A DNA stretch of 64,000 bases from Pecten maximus (taxonomy: Eukaryota). The stretch is from the NCBI RefSeq assembly GCF_902652985.1, contig NC_047026.1, positions 11,284,001-11,348,000 on the forward strand. Direction: 5' to 3'. The notes under the pieces were generated by a model. The model was not told where the DNA came from. It saw only the letters and a list, made by a program, of their open reading frames with translations, and ran no database searches. Below, piece after piece: positions 12,147-26,405 of this stretch; position 1 is the first letter of the stretch; each line of letters starts with the position of its first letter. The position numbers and the translations under genes were made by a program.

Positions 12147-14881
12147 ATGAACATTTTACGTAAGTATTGCTACTTTTGCTTTTCCTTAAACCGTCTTGTA
12201 CCATTGATCCTTCGTACAAAGATGATCAACTTCCCTGTTCAACCGCTCATAAAAATAATAGTTAATACATCCAGTTTTAATTGTTGTATCAAATCATTGC
12301 ATAATGCATTAAAGGATAACGCAAAAAAAAAAAAAAAAAAAAACATTCGGACATTATTTTGTTTTTATTTTGTTTTTATTTTGTTTTTTTTGTTTTGTTT
12401 CTTGTTTTTCTTCTCTTTTTTTTTTACATTTACCTTTGCAATTCTTCAAAGTTCTTTAATGTTTGGATATTTTATTCATCTATTCATCTATTTCTCGGAT
12501 AACTTGAATTTTAGATCTGTTTACTGCCGTCGCCACCGTAGCTGTTTGTGCGGCATGCACAATACAGACAAATTCAGCACACAACACAAGGACCTACACC
12601 ATCGATACATCCGGGTCCTGTAATGACGAAGATTATAGTTCCCTTCCTATTTGTTCCATCGAAACATTGAATCGGAAAATGAGAGTTGCCCAGCGAGTAA
12701 TGCGACACGCAATCAATGACATTGTAAGTTTCAAAAAGCAATATGTTTCCAAATCAAACTTATAGAGCTTAATGTCTGCTGTTTGATAAACATGAACTAT
12801 CAGGAATATAATCACCTCTTAACATACTTGTATATATTGAGATGTTTATATCTTTTTGTATATATTATATAATGTTATGTTTATTTATGTATATGATTTT
12901 ATGAGGATCACTTGGATAACAATAGTTGTTTGTTTTAGTTTAACGGCCCATCGACGGCTGTGGTAATTTCGGGCCATGGAGATTAATTAACTTTCTTGTC
13001 ATAAACAAATGGGTAACGAAGACAAAATCAGATAGTAAGGTTTATTTTTAAAAGCATTTGTAGTGTATATTTAGATTATATAACGTCAAGGATGGGGGGA
13101 GGGGGTCGACTTGGTTAACAAACTAATGAACAGCGACGAATATTTAGAAAGAAATTGATTCAAAACCTTTGATTTATTAGGTAACAACAATACGCTCCGG
13201 TTCACTTAACTGCCATGACTACCAGAACCTGCCCCTGGTATCCAATACTGGATCTGACATGGTAAGAGCTAATTATTTACAATGCAATGTAACATTATAG
13301 GAATAGCTTATATCCACTGATACCTCTGAAATGTGCACCTCTACATCAGCAATATATCAATGTAATATAAGCTATAGAATACCTACCACAACAACAGATC
13401 TACATAGGAATTGTACTAAAAGACTGTATGGACAAAATAGCACTTATTTATCTATCACTATTATAATTATATATATATATATTATGATATAAATTATATA
13501 TAATCATGTATCAGATATATTTACAATATGACCACTTCTTAACATATTGACTATTGACTTGTCAACATGAAGTCTACAGTACCAATATATCATTGACGTG
13601 TCTACAGTACCAATGTATCATTGACGTGTCTACAGTACCAATACATCACTGACGTGTCTACAGTACCAATATATCACTGACGTGTCTACAGTACCAATAT
13701 ATCATTGACGTGTCTACAGTACCAATATATCATTGACGTGTCTACAGTACCAATATATCATTGACGTGTCTACAGTACCAATGTATCATTGACGTGTCTA
13801 CAGTACCAATATATCATTGACGTGTCTACAGTACCAATATATCATTGACGTGTCTACAGTACCAATGTATCATTGACGTGTCTACAGTACCAATATATCA
13901 CTGACGTGTCTACAGTACCAATGTATCATTGACGTGTCTACAGTACCAATATATCACTGACGTGTCTACAGTACCAATATATCATTGACGTGTCTACAGT
14001 ACCAATATATCATTGACGTGTCTACAGTACCAATGTATCATTGACGTGTCTACAGTACCAATATATCATTGACGTGTCTACATAACGTCTACAGTACCAA
14101 TGTATCGGTGACGTGTCTACATTACGTCTACAATACCAATATATCATTGACATGTCTACATGATATCTACCTGATCGAACTGACAAAACAATGTTATCGT
14201 TATGTGTATAATGAACTTTATACTCCTTTTTATCTTAGAGACATATATATATAAAACATCAATACCGTGTCTATACAAGTTTGTAGTCTATATAAGACAT
14301 AAGGCATTGATCAAAATACGCTGTAACATGTATATGAATGTGAGTATTCCTGATTGGTAAAAACCTGCCCCACAGGTATTGACGAAATCTAGAAGTGATG
14401 TAAAAGTAGAAAAAGGGGGAATCTATCTGATATTTGTGAAACTGCTATGGCACACAATGTGGTATAACTGTTAACCAAACTGTGTCCGTCTGTGTGTTTT
14501 TTGTGTCCCCTTAAGACATAAGATATTATTTTGTAGCCGTTGATTAGAGTTTATTGTTGCCCGTCTCTTCAGGTCTCTACCCTCCAGACAGGGATACAAA
14601 TGATGACACAAGTTGCTTTAAACATTTCGGTCACAAACTGCCACACACGTGGACGATGCTCTCACAATGTCCTTCAGCCGATTATTGATGTTATATGCGA
14701 GATGAAACGCACGCTCATGTACGTCGAGGTTGACCCCAATATTTTCAGTGCGACGATGACTTGTAACACAATGGACAGAACAGAACTCACGGTATTCACG
14801 TGTGCTAGTCTCGGAAATGCTGTCGAAGTTCTTCGTTTCTTGGAAAATGATATCAGCAGAATTTTCAGACATACGTCGTAA
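12147..14881 (+). CDS. Secreted four-helix cytokine-like protein, paralog A (203 aa; LIF/OSM/IL-6-like candidate)
   Basis: Exons 12147-12159, 12515-12723, 13181-13261, 14573-14881 (intron phases 1,0,0; all GT-AG; no internal stops). Protein MNILHLFTAVATVAVCAACTIQTNSAHNTRTYTIDTSGSCNDEDYSSLPICSIETLNRKMRVAQRVMRHAINDIVTTIRSGSLNCHDYQNLPLVSNTGSDMVSTLQTGIQMMTQVALNISVTNCHTRGRCSHNVLQPIIDVICEMKRTLMYVEVDPNIFSATMTCNTMDRTELTVFTCASLGNAVEVLRFLENDISRIFRHTS. Exon-by-exon homology to paralogs B and C supports the gene model; the cytokine identity is inferred. Confidence 0.85.
13572..14160. repeat. 28-bp minisatellite, ~18 copies plus degenerate tail, in intron 3 of paralog A
   Basis: Unit CTACAGTACCAATATATCATTGACGTGT at 28-bp period (13574, 13602 and onward). 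Confidence 0.97.
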
Positions 14882-15789
14882 TTTGGTTTAAGACAGTTTA
14901 ATTGTTAATTTATATAGTATATTTCTGATCAAAATGTGACATTGTAATCTTCAATTGAGATTAAAGTATAAAGAAGTATGATTATTTTTTTGTATTATTA
15001 TGACTCCGTTCAAATACCTTAAAACATAACCTTAATGATACAATGCTTAGAAATGAATTAATTTCTCCGTAACAAACAGTCAGAAAAAACCGGCACGCAG
15101 ACGAAATCTTAATTTCAACCCAAAAACGATAACACGAGCGCAAAGTATGAACAAGCTATATATTTGAATGGATATAGTTGATAGAATAGGGGAGAATAAA
15201 ACCAGTTGCTCCGAAAGTGAAAGCGTCCTGCTGGCTCATACAAATATGGGTGAATCCAGATTAAGCCACATCATCAATATCGTAACCAGTGGGAGACATC
15301 GCAGACACTATTCATGCGAACGATCATCGGACTTCATATCGAACAAAGAGATGAAATATTTCCAAATGCGATCAAATGATTGAATACAAATCTTTCCTGT
15401 GGTTTTTATCAGCCTTTATCTATTGAAACCCTGTGTTGTTCGATTTTAAGTCAGCAGGTTACATTAGTCTAGGTAATAGTGATATAGGGAACACGTCATT
15501 GAGTGTCGAGTCTACTGGAACATTGAAACAGTGTAGTTAGGAGGGGGGGGAGTGTTCAATGGAATATGATACCCTTTTAAAATGATACCCCCTTAAAGTA
15601 AACACGTCATCAATATATCTATAGGTGAAATAGAAAGACTTCGCATGGTCTTTGCTACATGTTATGATAAACATTTCAATATCATTAGCCTCAAAATCAA
15701 GAATCAAGAATCAAGTCAGCCAAGAGCGGGTATTTGTGTATACAAAAGACATGTCTTGGAGTATTAACTGTAAAATGTATGTGTATCGA

Positions 15790-16000
15790 TTTTACATGGA
15801 TTGTACAAACGACATCCTTTTGTGTGGATTGTACAAAAGACAATCTTTGTGTTGATTGTACAAACTTACCATTTTTTGCAGATTCTAGAAAACCGTCCCT
15901 TTGTGTGGATTGTACAAAAATGACCTTGGTATTGTATAAGAAAAAAGCTTTGTTTGTATTGTACAAAAGGCACCCTTTGTGTGGATTGTGCGTACAAGAT
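15790..16000. repeat. Degenerate short tandem repeat (TTTGTGTGGATTGTACAAAA)
   Basis: About 6 imperfect copies between the convergent 3' ends of paralogs A and B. Confidence 0.7.
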
Positions 16001-17147
16001 ATTTACATTTTAGTATTAATTTATTTATGATTAAAACTTATGAAAGTGTTAACAATAACAACAAATAAGTAAGTATTGAACATTAAAAAAAACTTTAATG
16101 CCTTCACTTTACATATGAATAAACATATTTACAGTAAATGACTAAAATCCATAATATCTAATACTTATCAATAAAGTAGATGACAATAAATTAAAAAGAA
16201 ATACAGTGTATAAAGGAAATATTCAGCTCGCATGACTAAATACCGTCATACTTGTAAAATATATGACATTTAAAGGCAAACGTAAATTTTCAATGAAAAA
16301 CTAAACAAAAAAACGATTGCATGGAAAACAGTGATTTGACCACATATTCTGCAATTTACACCCAGCAACACAGCGCCATTTTCAATGGGTTGTTCATCTG
16401 CTTTCAAAAGTGTTTTAAAAACCACAAAACATTCAATAAAAGTACATAAAAATGACGTATTCTTAAGTTGATTCATTACATATATACAGGCGAGCATCAT
16501 TTTGACGAATATATAACATCCTCCCGAATGGCCAATCATCAGCACAACATTCTCTCCTTTAAATATATACGACAACGTGACAACAAATGGTCTATAAATA
16601 CACATAAAGGGTTACTCTATATTTCTTAAATCACAAACTCATGCCAGGCCATGGATTTTTGATTTATACACACCTTCGCTATTTTTTGCTTCATACTGAT
16701 TGCAAAATCATAATCGATTTCTACTTTAAATGATTTCGCTTGTAGATCAATGGCTCGCTCTTCTTTAATATAATATTTTATCAAGTTGTTGTTCACTATC
16801 ACGGCAGTACAAGGATACCCAGAAAGCACAACACGTTTTTTCAGTGATATAGATATAATGATCGTTGGTCTTGACGTTGATAAACCTTGAATCGACGTCC
16901 ACTAACTTTGAAAATATGACGTTGAACCAATGTTAATTTACATTATCTTCATCATCCCACTGTCTTTGTTGAATTTCAGTGTTGAACATAGTTTGCACAT
17001 CGTCGACATTCTATATTAAGCTTACCCATGATAAAACGGTTATTGGTGGCGTGCAAATTGTTCATAAATATAAGTGATGAGTAGGTAAAAGGTTTTTGTT
17101 GATATGACATATTTCTTAAAATTGTACAGTTCAGTTTATGATATCAG

Positions 17148-20100
17148 TTATTGCCGTCTGTGAGAACATGTATCAGTCGTCATGGGCATAGCTAGGTACA
17201 TTCTCACTGTCAAAGTTAAGGGCGGATTTGAAGTTGTGGATAAGGATGTTAGCTTTCGGAGATTTCGGCATGTAAACACCGTCAGGTCAGTCCTATCCAT
17301 AGTATCCATATCCAGTTGAACTTGAACTTCAGACTGTACAAGATCACTGCAAAGTCTTTTCATTTCGCAAATAATTGCCCGCATTGCTGGGAACAAGTTT
17401 GTGTTTAAGTTACTGTGTTGGTGGCAACTTGATATCGTGAGTTTTAATGCTATGTCTAACAACAGAGGCATACCATGCCGGAGGGTACTAGCCTGTGTGT
17501 AAACAAAGAAAAGAAAATTATTTAATGTTACTTTAATAACAAAAAAAAGTGGGATATGTTGGTTTAAGTAATGAGGCATAAAGATATAGCTAACCTTAAA
17601 CCCCAGTGTTGTTGACTTAATGCGTTCAGCATAATGGAAAATGCGAAAGTATTTTTGAAACTCAAGGAAATTCTCATATTTTAACTTACTCAGGTAATGA
17701 GTTTGTTTTTTATTGTAAGTGGTTTAAAAAAGAACTATGATAATTATCGATGTGTTACAAAACTATACAGATTGTTCTTTCTTGTTAAGCAACATTATTA
17801 TCTACATACAAAATAACTATCTAGAGTTTCAAGGTTGGATAAAACGTGTAAAGAATTATCAAAACCATCAAAACCAATTGAATTTGCAAAATAGTTTGGT
17901 AAACCCAATTATACCTTTACATTTTGAAATAATTTTTAAGAAGAAAAAATAATCACAAGCTACCTATATTATCCTTATAAGTATCAGTGCATCAAGATCT
18001 CCACAAACAAAATGGTGACTACAATTGATTACAACCAGGGAACTTATGCTATTCTTTCTATGGTAACGAGAAATACAAAATCGCAATTGTTGCAATTTAG
18101 AATTAATCAATTATATTTTAACAACTTATTCCTATTGATATGAAATTAGACTTGTAAATAACACATATCTTTGTATCAAAGAAAGGGAGATAACTACTCA
18201 CATTTTACGGGAATTTAAGGAATAACAGAACTAAACAATTCTGAAAACCTGCTAGATGATCTCACTACAGATTTCTCAGTACGTAAAGATGCAATGACCT
18301 TTGAGTTTTTTTTTCAACCAAACTTTGTACATTAAACAGTATATTACAAAGCCATGTGTTTACATATGTTACTTAATATGATGGTATTTAGTTAATTCCA
18401 TTCAAGATTTCCAGAGAAATTTATACCCTTATTAACATAAAACTTACTTTGTACGCCGCAATCGACCCTGGTTTTTTTTTAGGTTTTTTGCAAAGTGTTC
18501 TTAAAATATTATTTATTCATACGATTTCTTCGATTCCTTCAGTTAAGCCATACGTACTATTCTAAAATTCTAAAACGAAGACGTTTTTGCTGTACTTACC
18601 ATACTATGTCCACTAGATACAGTAATGTCCATTGGGTGTACATTGCAAAGACTTCTCCTCATCATCACCGTGCTGTCCTGAAAATAAATATTTATTTAAC
18701 AGTTCAAGTAAATACATAGAGAAGTCACCTGTCTAATCAATATATGTTATAATTTAAAATAACCCATACAGAATTTCTTAACCTTTTATTCACCAACTTG
18801 ACAATTTAAGAAAAAAAAAGATTTCCCATGTGGTCTATCCATATTTCGTAATTTTGTTAGAATGTGGAACTCTGAAAAAACTTGATGCATTTTATATCTA
18901 CACATGTCAACGCCCATATTTCTAAGTTTTCCTTTTGGTCAGATGGACCAAATCTTAATTAACTGTACTTACTTGTTCGTCGATCGCCTCTCTAATATGA
19001 TACCTGGCTAAGTCCAAAAGTTCTTTCAGATGGTCTAAATCACAAATACTAATTTCCTCGTGTGTGTTGTATAACCCATCGTTCTCACACAAACCCATTG
19101 TGGTTAAGTTAAATGTTTGGCGATCATTTCCCGTCCTTTGGAGGTATACTGGTGCAGAGGGACAATGTGCTCCAGACATTGTAATACACAGGACAAATAC
19201 TATCAAGCCTGCAATGATATCAACCAAAAAATAAAACATTAAATAATCTATCGATTAGATAAAACATTTATGTTTTTATATCAGTTTTTACTAATATTTG
19301 AAATCAGTAGGCTGACAACTTAGGAGATATAATAGATGGAATGAAGTGAAGAGCAATATCATCAAGCACTGCTAAAGCATATGTTCAACATGATACTGGT
19401 GAAATTATTGGAGTGGTTTAACGACCTCTGTAACATTGAATAAGAGTTAGGGCATTGCAGTTTGCAAAAGTGTTCTGACGTTATGCTGCCGTTAAGGCAA
19501 AGAAAACAACTACAAAAGCTACAATGAGTTTACAATGATATATCTCGACATTTGGTAAAAAAGCTGTTGTGTTCTCAACAAACACTGGCGGTCAAACAGT
19601 AGATATGATTAATTGTAAAATAGTTTAATTGTATTTACAGACCTTGGTTCACAAGTGAGTTGGAGTTTCCGATAGTCAGCTTTAAAACCCCTCACTGTTT
19701 TCGTTATATATAAATTATGACAATTTATTACAAAAATATGTTGAATAATAGAATATTTTTGCTAATGATTAAATAACTCTCTAATGCCGTGCTCAACTCT
19801 TTATATGTAAATGAGCCGCGGAATATATATCATACACGCATTCCCCAACTGGTTAAAACAGCCCAAAGTCGATCAGACGTACTGGTTGCTGTCACAAGGG
19901 TAAAGAAAAGGAGTGTTAGGCAAAATTACGACATCGTCTTTGACTTGAAGAGTCAACTAAATTTTGTTTGATAACAATAAAAAAAAAACAGAGAGGCGTT
20001 AATCCTACAGAAACTATGAGTAATTCTAAAGACATGAATGAAAAGGACCAAAATCTAGACGGGGAGGGATTTTAAGGGTAATTATCAGTTATGACTATGT

Positions 20101-21889
20101 AAGATATCAGTGTTTTATGCAAGAATGGATGTTTATACATATTACACTATCAGTTTTGCTCAAACTAGTGGTTAAAATGCCAATTTTGGACTGTTTGGCC
20201 AACATATCTCCATAACTAGATTATTCATGGATAAACCAAGTATGTCAAGACCTTGTTTATGTGAAGTTTTAAAGGTGTAGAATTTTTAGGCATAATTCCG
20301 TTACGGGCAACGATAACAGAGTTATCGCCCCTACACTTCCTTCCATATTATTCATAATGTTCTGGCATAAAAATAGTCTTTTTAGATATCTGTTCAGGGT
20401 AAACATACCAATAAATAGAAGTCCTTTACTATGAATATACACAACAAAGTACAACTTATAATTACATGTATACGAAGTTGACGCAATAACAAAAATATCA
20501 AGATATGAATAATAGTTATCCATGTTTATATTTCTCAAGCGTCACATTTAGGTTATCTTTCGTCCTTACTTTCGTGCCTATTTGATTTTGAGTCTGATCG
20601 GGAAAACAAAATGGCCTACAGACAGGGATCTTGAATTTTGATAAGTGAAATTTGTTAATACTATTTCGTGAAAAGTACCATAAGGATATTTTTTAAATTG
20701 TCCATGCGTATGTTTTCCTTTGTCCCTAAATCAGTTATGAGTCTGATGAAAACGAAATGGCAGTCGTGTTTGATTTTGACAGTTGAAATTTGTTATTGAT
20801 ATATTTCAGGAAGATCTTAGATCTTGCTCGTCCTTCATATGCAGGTTTTCCCTTATCAAATGATTAAGAGGAAGAGGGGAAAGAAGGGGAAAATAGAGAA
20901 AATAAGATAAGTTTTTCATAGGACCGATAAAGATCGACTAGTGGGTGCTGGAATATCTTGTATTAAAAACCAGATTGAAGCCTGTTTCATACACTGGAAA
21001 TCAGGAAATACCAATCCTGAATATCTTGTTTTGGTTTTACCATTCTACAATAAAAAGGTGACGCATTTATCCTTGTATCGATCCCAGTCGAGGAGTATAA
21101 TCATTTAAACTTATAGTTAGTTTTAGCGTTTTTAAAGATTACAATTAGCTTCATGTTTATTAATGTTAACAAATATACTTGTCAATCATGTCAAAATAAC
21201 AGAACATAGCATACAATCAAACAATGAATCAGTCAATTATCAAAAATCAAATAAATATGGTTTCAATTGTATTGTAAATAAGGTAGTTATGCTTTGGAAT
21301 TCAGTATCAATAAACAGACGATGATAATTGAATCTGATTTACCGCTTAAACTTAACCAATACTTTCTAAACGGTATATCAAAATCTATACTAGAAGCATA
21401 TATCTTTATATCAACAATTACCAGTGATAATAGAAATACGACTTTACTTAAGTTAAGGAGGATATAAAGTTGACAAGACTCTAAGTAACTGGTGTTCACG
21501 AAAAAACAAAAGAATGACATTAAAGAGACAAACTTACACAATAGTTTCGGGGTCACTGAATTCAGAACCTCTAACATCGAGCTATATATTATTTCCTTAT
21601 TATATATATAGGCTGTACACTATTTAATATAATATACTCAATGGTATCACAATTACGCTAGTATTTTTTTACAGAAAATATTCTATGGTTTTAACTTATC
21701 CTCTTTGATAAGGTATGGTTTTTTTTTTAATTAAGTGACAGTTGTTAATGACATCAATATACCGTGTACATCCTAATCAATATGTATATCAGTATAAAAA
21801 TAACAAAACATTCATGAACACTTACTCGTTAAAAACTTAAAACAACTTGTTTGCCTTTTCGCTAACGATTGAGTCACCATCATTTTCAT
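17148..21889 (-). CDS. Secreted four-helix cytokine-like protein, paralog B (240 aa as assembled; 232 aa if a 1-bp frameshift at 17254-17256 is corrected)
   Basis: Exons 21889-21826, 19208-18973, 18677-18600, 17492-17148 (phases 1,0,0). Protein MKMMVTQSLAKRQTSCFKFLTSLIVFVLCITMSGAHCPSAPVYLQRTGNDRQTFNLTTMGLCENDGLYNTHEEISICDLDHLKELLDLARYHIREAIDEQDSTVMMRRSLCNVHPMDITVSSGHSMASTLRHGMPLLLDIALKLTISSCHQHSNLNTNLFPAMRAIICEMKRLCSDLVQSEVQVQLDMDTMDRTDLTVFTCRNLRK...; shares ICEMK and MDRT..TVFTC with A and C. Exon 1 is the least certain part. Confidence 0.8.
17700..18300 (+). mobile_element. Decayed L1/Tx1-type LINE 3' ORF2 fragment (zf-RVT region) in intron 3 of paralog B
   Basis: Broken translation WFKK...IDVLQN...NNYLEFQGWIKRVKNY and TRNTKSQLLQFRINQ..ILTT..YEIRLVNNTYLCIKEREITTHILREF resembles the Tx1 C-terminal KL..FQ.KI.HRIL.TN..L.KI......C..C....ET..H.FW.C pattern (family pattern recalled). 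Confidence 0.6.
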
Positions 21890-24800
21890 TATCACAGTAA
21901 CAGATCTTGTCCCCGTGTACTTCTAACTGTGACGTGTTTCAATCCAGGCAGATATAAGTTGATGTAACTTGTTTCGCAATTATTGTAAAATGAATAAGAA
22001 TTCCAATTCCAGCCATATTTATAGGAAATATAACCCGTGATTTTAAGTGTAAATTAACCTTAGTTTCCCGGATATCCTAGGTAGTTCAGAAATCCCTAAA
22101 AGTCATTGGTCATTTAGCTGGCAAAAAATACATGACGTAAATCATAATCTGACATATTTGAAATTATCAGAATCGACCGTTATGGTTCAGTTGACAACAC
22201 GTGGAAGAATTACAATAATAATTTCCGGTTATGCGCAAATTAAGCATTTTGTTATGGTAAACCCCGATACTCACATGTGCATATACATATTCACAACTAC
22301 AATAACATTTCTTGTTCCTGGAATTGATGTGATGCGCTCCAGTCTTACCACAATGCAATGCGATCGCAAAAAGTATTAAAGCAAGGTTTATCAGCATATA
22401 AAATTAATTCACAATTGAATCACTTATATTAGTATTAATATTTATCGGATGACTTTTCACCTTAAATTTAATAGTTTATGATACTAATAGAGAAGAAAGT
22501 TAGCATATTAGTGAATTGATATATCTATATGTTAATTGGTCTATATATAGGTAACATATATTTTCTGAGATTCACAATGGTAAAATCGTTACATCATTGT
22601 TGTTACGGAAAAACAAACCCATTTATGTTTCCTTAATGTTTCAGTGACGTGTTCTTCCCGTAGATACACGTGTAATCCTCCAAGATATTAGTAAACATAT
22701 GAATGCCTTATCTTATGATCATACGTGTTCCGTTTGGTTCCTTCTTGTTCCGCTAAACGGAAACAGAATTTTTCTTGAATTTGTTAATATATTCCTTCCT
22801 ATCAGGAAAACTGGCCTTACAATCAGTCTCCTCTTTCTCTTGACATTCCTATTGTTTATTTGTCCTACAGTATTCGTTGTCGTCAGCACATTTAAAAAAG
22901 AACGATGATGGTCGGACATAAACAGACTAATGGCACTTTGAGCGATCTACTACCTTAAAGGGTTTTGGACACATAGGGTATTTTTCCATTTTCTGTTAGC
23001 CTGACCCCATAAATGTTGGCTGACACAGGTTTTACCTCGCCTTACAAAGCTGTTTATCTATTTTAGGCCAGTAGGGGGATATTGCTGATGGCTGAAAAAT
23101 TTTAATGAGCTAGGTGGTCACGTGGTCCGACGCGTCATCTGGTTCACCTCACCAGCATCACTAGGCTAGAATCTGCCTTGTTATATGCATTTATAGAGGG
23201 AAACTTCAAAGAGCCCCATATTATTTTGTAAACATTGAAAGCAATGACAGTGAATGTCCTGATTTTATAATCTTACATGTTTAGATATTCTTTCCACACC
23301 TCATGTCTGTAATTGTATAATCAAAATAGTAGACAAGCGAACAATATCATAACCTTGGTAATTAACTAATATCACATCTTTTTTTTTATTTCTTTTTTAT
23401 TTTAAAAACTCAAACAATGGCATATACACTATAGGTCTACTCAGAGATATAAATATCACATATGTGATATATACATCTCTTGTCTACTATACAGTGAGGT
23501 GACAAAATGATATCACTGCAGTCTTTTTACGGTGATTAATTTTCCTAGCCTTGTTAACCATTTTATTTTTTGGCATAATTTGATAAGATTTTGTACACTT
23601 TTAAGAACATGTTTTACTCTTTCCTGACGTAATATTAACATAAAAATATCCATTTCTTAATGTTGCAAGATAAAGATTTGATAAAAATGCAGTAGTTTGA
23701 AATACAGTTGTCTCATCCTGATGCAATTTAATTAGATATTACGTAATCACAGAACTGATTTTTTTTTTATCTGAGACGATACATGGGTTTTTTGTACATT
23801 GAACTTTGAGGATTTCCTTTGTATATATTAAATCAAGAATTTTTAAATATTGGTTGGAATTAAAGCGTCCAGATATTTTTTTACTCAAATCATGTTATGA
23901 TGAAATGTTGGAAACTAAAGATACTCGGATTCTTTATTTAAATCAGTAACTTTGAACTGTCAGTCTTGGGTAAATGTTTGAAGAAATCAGTTACTGTTCT
24001 AATCAATTTTACAGTAATGTATTCAAACAACGTCCTTTTTTGACAATTTCCTTAAAGAATGTTTTATGAAGGTTATGAAGGAAATGTATTTGATGTGGTG
24101 AAAATGTTACGCAGACATTCGTATTGATTTGACTAAAACAGATCATTTTAAATACTATAGTATGTTTAAACGTTTTCAGTTACTCAAAGCAGAAAAGATA
24201 AAAGAACTTAACGATTTAGGAAAATATTTATCACTAGCAAATAAAAGATTTTAATTAGAATATATTCACTTTTAATGATTATTTTTCTGTTTCCCTGTAA
24301 CAAATCTGACAAATTAGCTTATTGAATTAAAAATCATGTAAGAGTGGATGCCTTTGTCCATTAATGTTATATAATATTTTATCCAATAAGTTGTAAAACT
24401 TATGGAATAAAGTTGAATTTAATACAGTTGTTTAATGAATAACGGCATCATCACTGGAGTACATGTAACCAATTCACTGTTGTAACCCAATATATTAATG
24501 TAAAGTATTCCCACATCACAAAACCTTTGGTAGATAGTGTGTAAATAGTGATTTTAACGTTAGTTGACCGACCTCGTTATCAGAATGAAATTTTGCATAT
24601 AGGTCAGTTGTCCAGATGGGCCCATGCTGTGCCCTGTATCTCAGCGTGTATATACAAAACCCCAGGAGTGCGAGGGTAAATTGACTGGCTTTTCAGAAAA
24701 CCAACCTATAGACAACTTTAACCTTTTTGTGTCTAAAACCCTTTAAAGCTGTTTTGCATTATCCCACATTTATATGAAGAGTGACTGTCGGGTTTATAAT

Positions 24801-26405
24801 GAGGCAATACATTGATGTTTTTTTCGTTAAACGTCTCCGTCGAGATTTAGTTAACCATGAAGGCATATTTTTTATATCCTTGCTGTATCGACTGACTCTC
24901 ACAGCTGAACAATCACATTCATGAAGGCATTGAATTGTGATTGCATTTATGGTAGTATTAACTTAATTGTATGCAGGTTTATTCCATGTATTGCTTAAGC
25001 GTAATTCGAAAGTAGAATCAATCAGAATTGTGAAGGTAATGAGTGTTCTATTAATCAAATAGACGTAAGTGAATAGTAATATTTATGTATTTCATTAATG
25101 AGCATTATAGATAATTTCTATATGCATTGTTTGAAGCGAATAAAAAGACAAATGGTGATTACATCTGTTAGTTTAATGATAACACTCAAAACAATACTTC
25201 TAAAAATAGCACACGTAACATAACTACGAAAAACAAACATAGAACGTAGATGAATATATAATATCTCATTTATTACAAAATAATACACATATGAACATTT
25301 TAACATTTTATGAAAACTTATGATTCTAATTATATTTTGAAACAACTGTAAAATAAATGATACAATGTAAAGTTTCACGTTAATTAAGGACGAACATAAC
25401 GACGAATAAAAACCCGTATTATAAATAGACAACAATAACAAACACTGGCTTACATCTGTACACGTATATTGAATCATTAAATGCCAAAGAAATTCTAAAC
25501 ACAAAAACAATCATCACATACAAGAATTAAAAAGAACGCTAATGAACAGAATGAATAGGTACTTGTGAAAGCTGAAACCATCTAAGGAATGAAGGGAAAA
25601 CAATTGACACAAAATAAATCTTTGATTACTATCAGTATTATATCGAATCTGGTGATCTACATCACCAAGTGTTTTGTGTGAAGTCAAATCAGTTGTTTTG
25701 AATCCAGAAGGTACAAGTCTGCTGAAAATGTTTCTTTATAAATAATACTTTAAAATGTAAAACAAGAAAATATCTAAAATATCTTTTTATATTAACAAAC
25801 TATTCTGACAAAGAGGCCATTCACACGATCCCACTAAACCAGCCATATATACACACAATATGATGTTGATACTGTTACATACTCGTCTGTAGCAATATAT
25901 GTTTATTTCATAAACACTGCCATCAAAAAGACCTGTAAAACAGCCACACAATATATCGTTTTCATCGCTTCAGTGAACCTCAATCGCTTAAGCGATAACA
26001 GTAGGTAGGTGCTTTGTTATAAATGTCTGTTTGAAGTTCATGAGATGTCTTATTGTTTCCTAAACAAGAACAATATTTGATGAACAATGTTGTATTGTAT
26101 GAAAAGGTATCCATTTATAAAAATGTGCAGATTCTACTTAAATCTAGGATGTTCTTTCTGTAAAATAATACAACCAATGTCAAACTAGGTTAGGACTTAT
26201 ATTCCCATACAGTTAATTCAATATGAATTACATGAAGATGTGGGTCATCTCCGACGTACTGAAAAAGACCGATCAACGAAGGTTTAAATAATGCACCTCC
26301 TTAACTTGAACGTGTTTATTATATATACAGATGCGGAGTGATCAATACCCTGCTTTCAAGAGTGTTCTATAATAATAGACGTGCGGCTATGTTCAGTTTG
26401 AAAAA

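Noticed and set aside
12114-12623. 169-aa plus-strand ORF with poly-K and F-rich stretch
   Set aside because: Read-through of paralog A intron 1 (poly-A and T tracts), out of frame with the true exon 2.
22400-26300. Searched for a fourth cytokine-like paralog between B and C
   Set aside because: No ICEMK or MDR..FTC motif and no exon ending ATG|GTAAG found by eye; a highly decayed copy cannot be excluded without TBLASTN.
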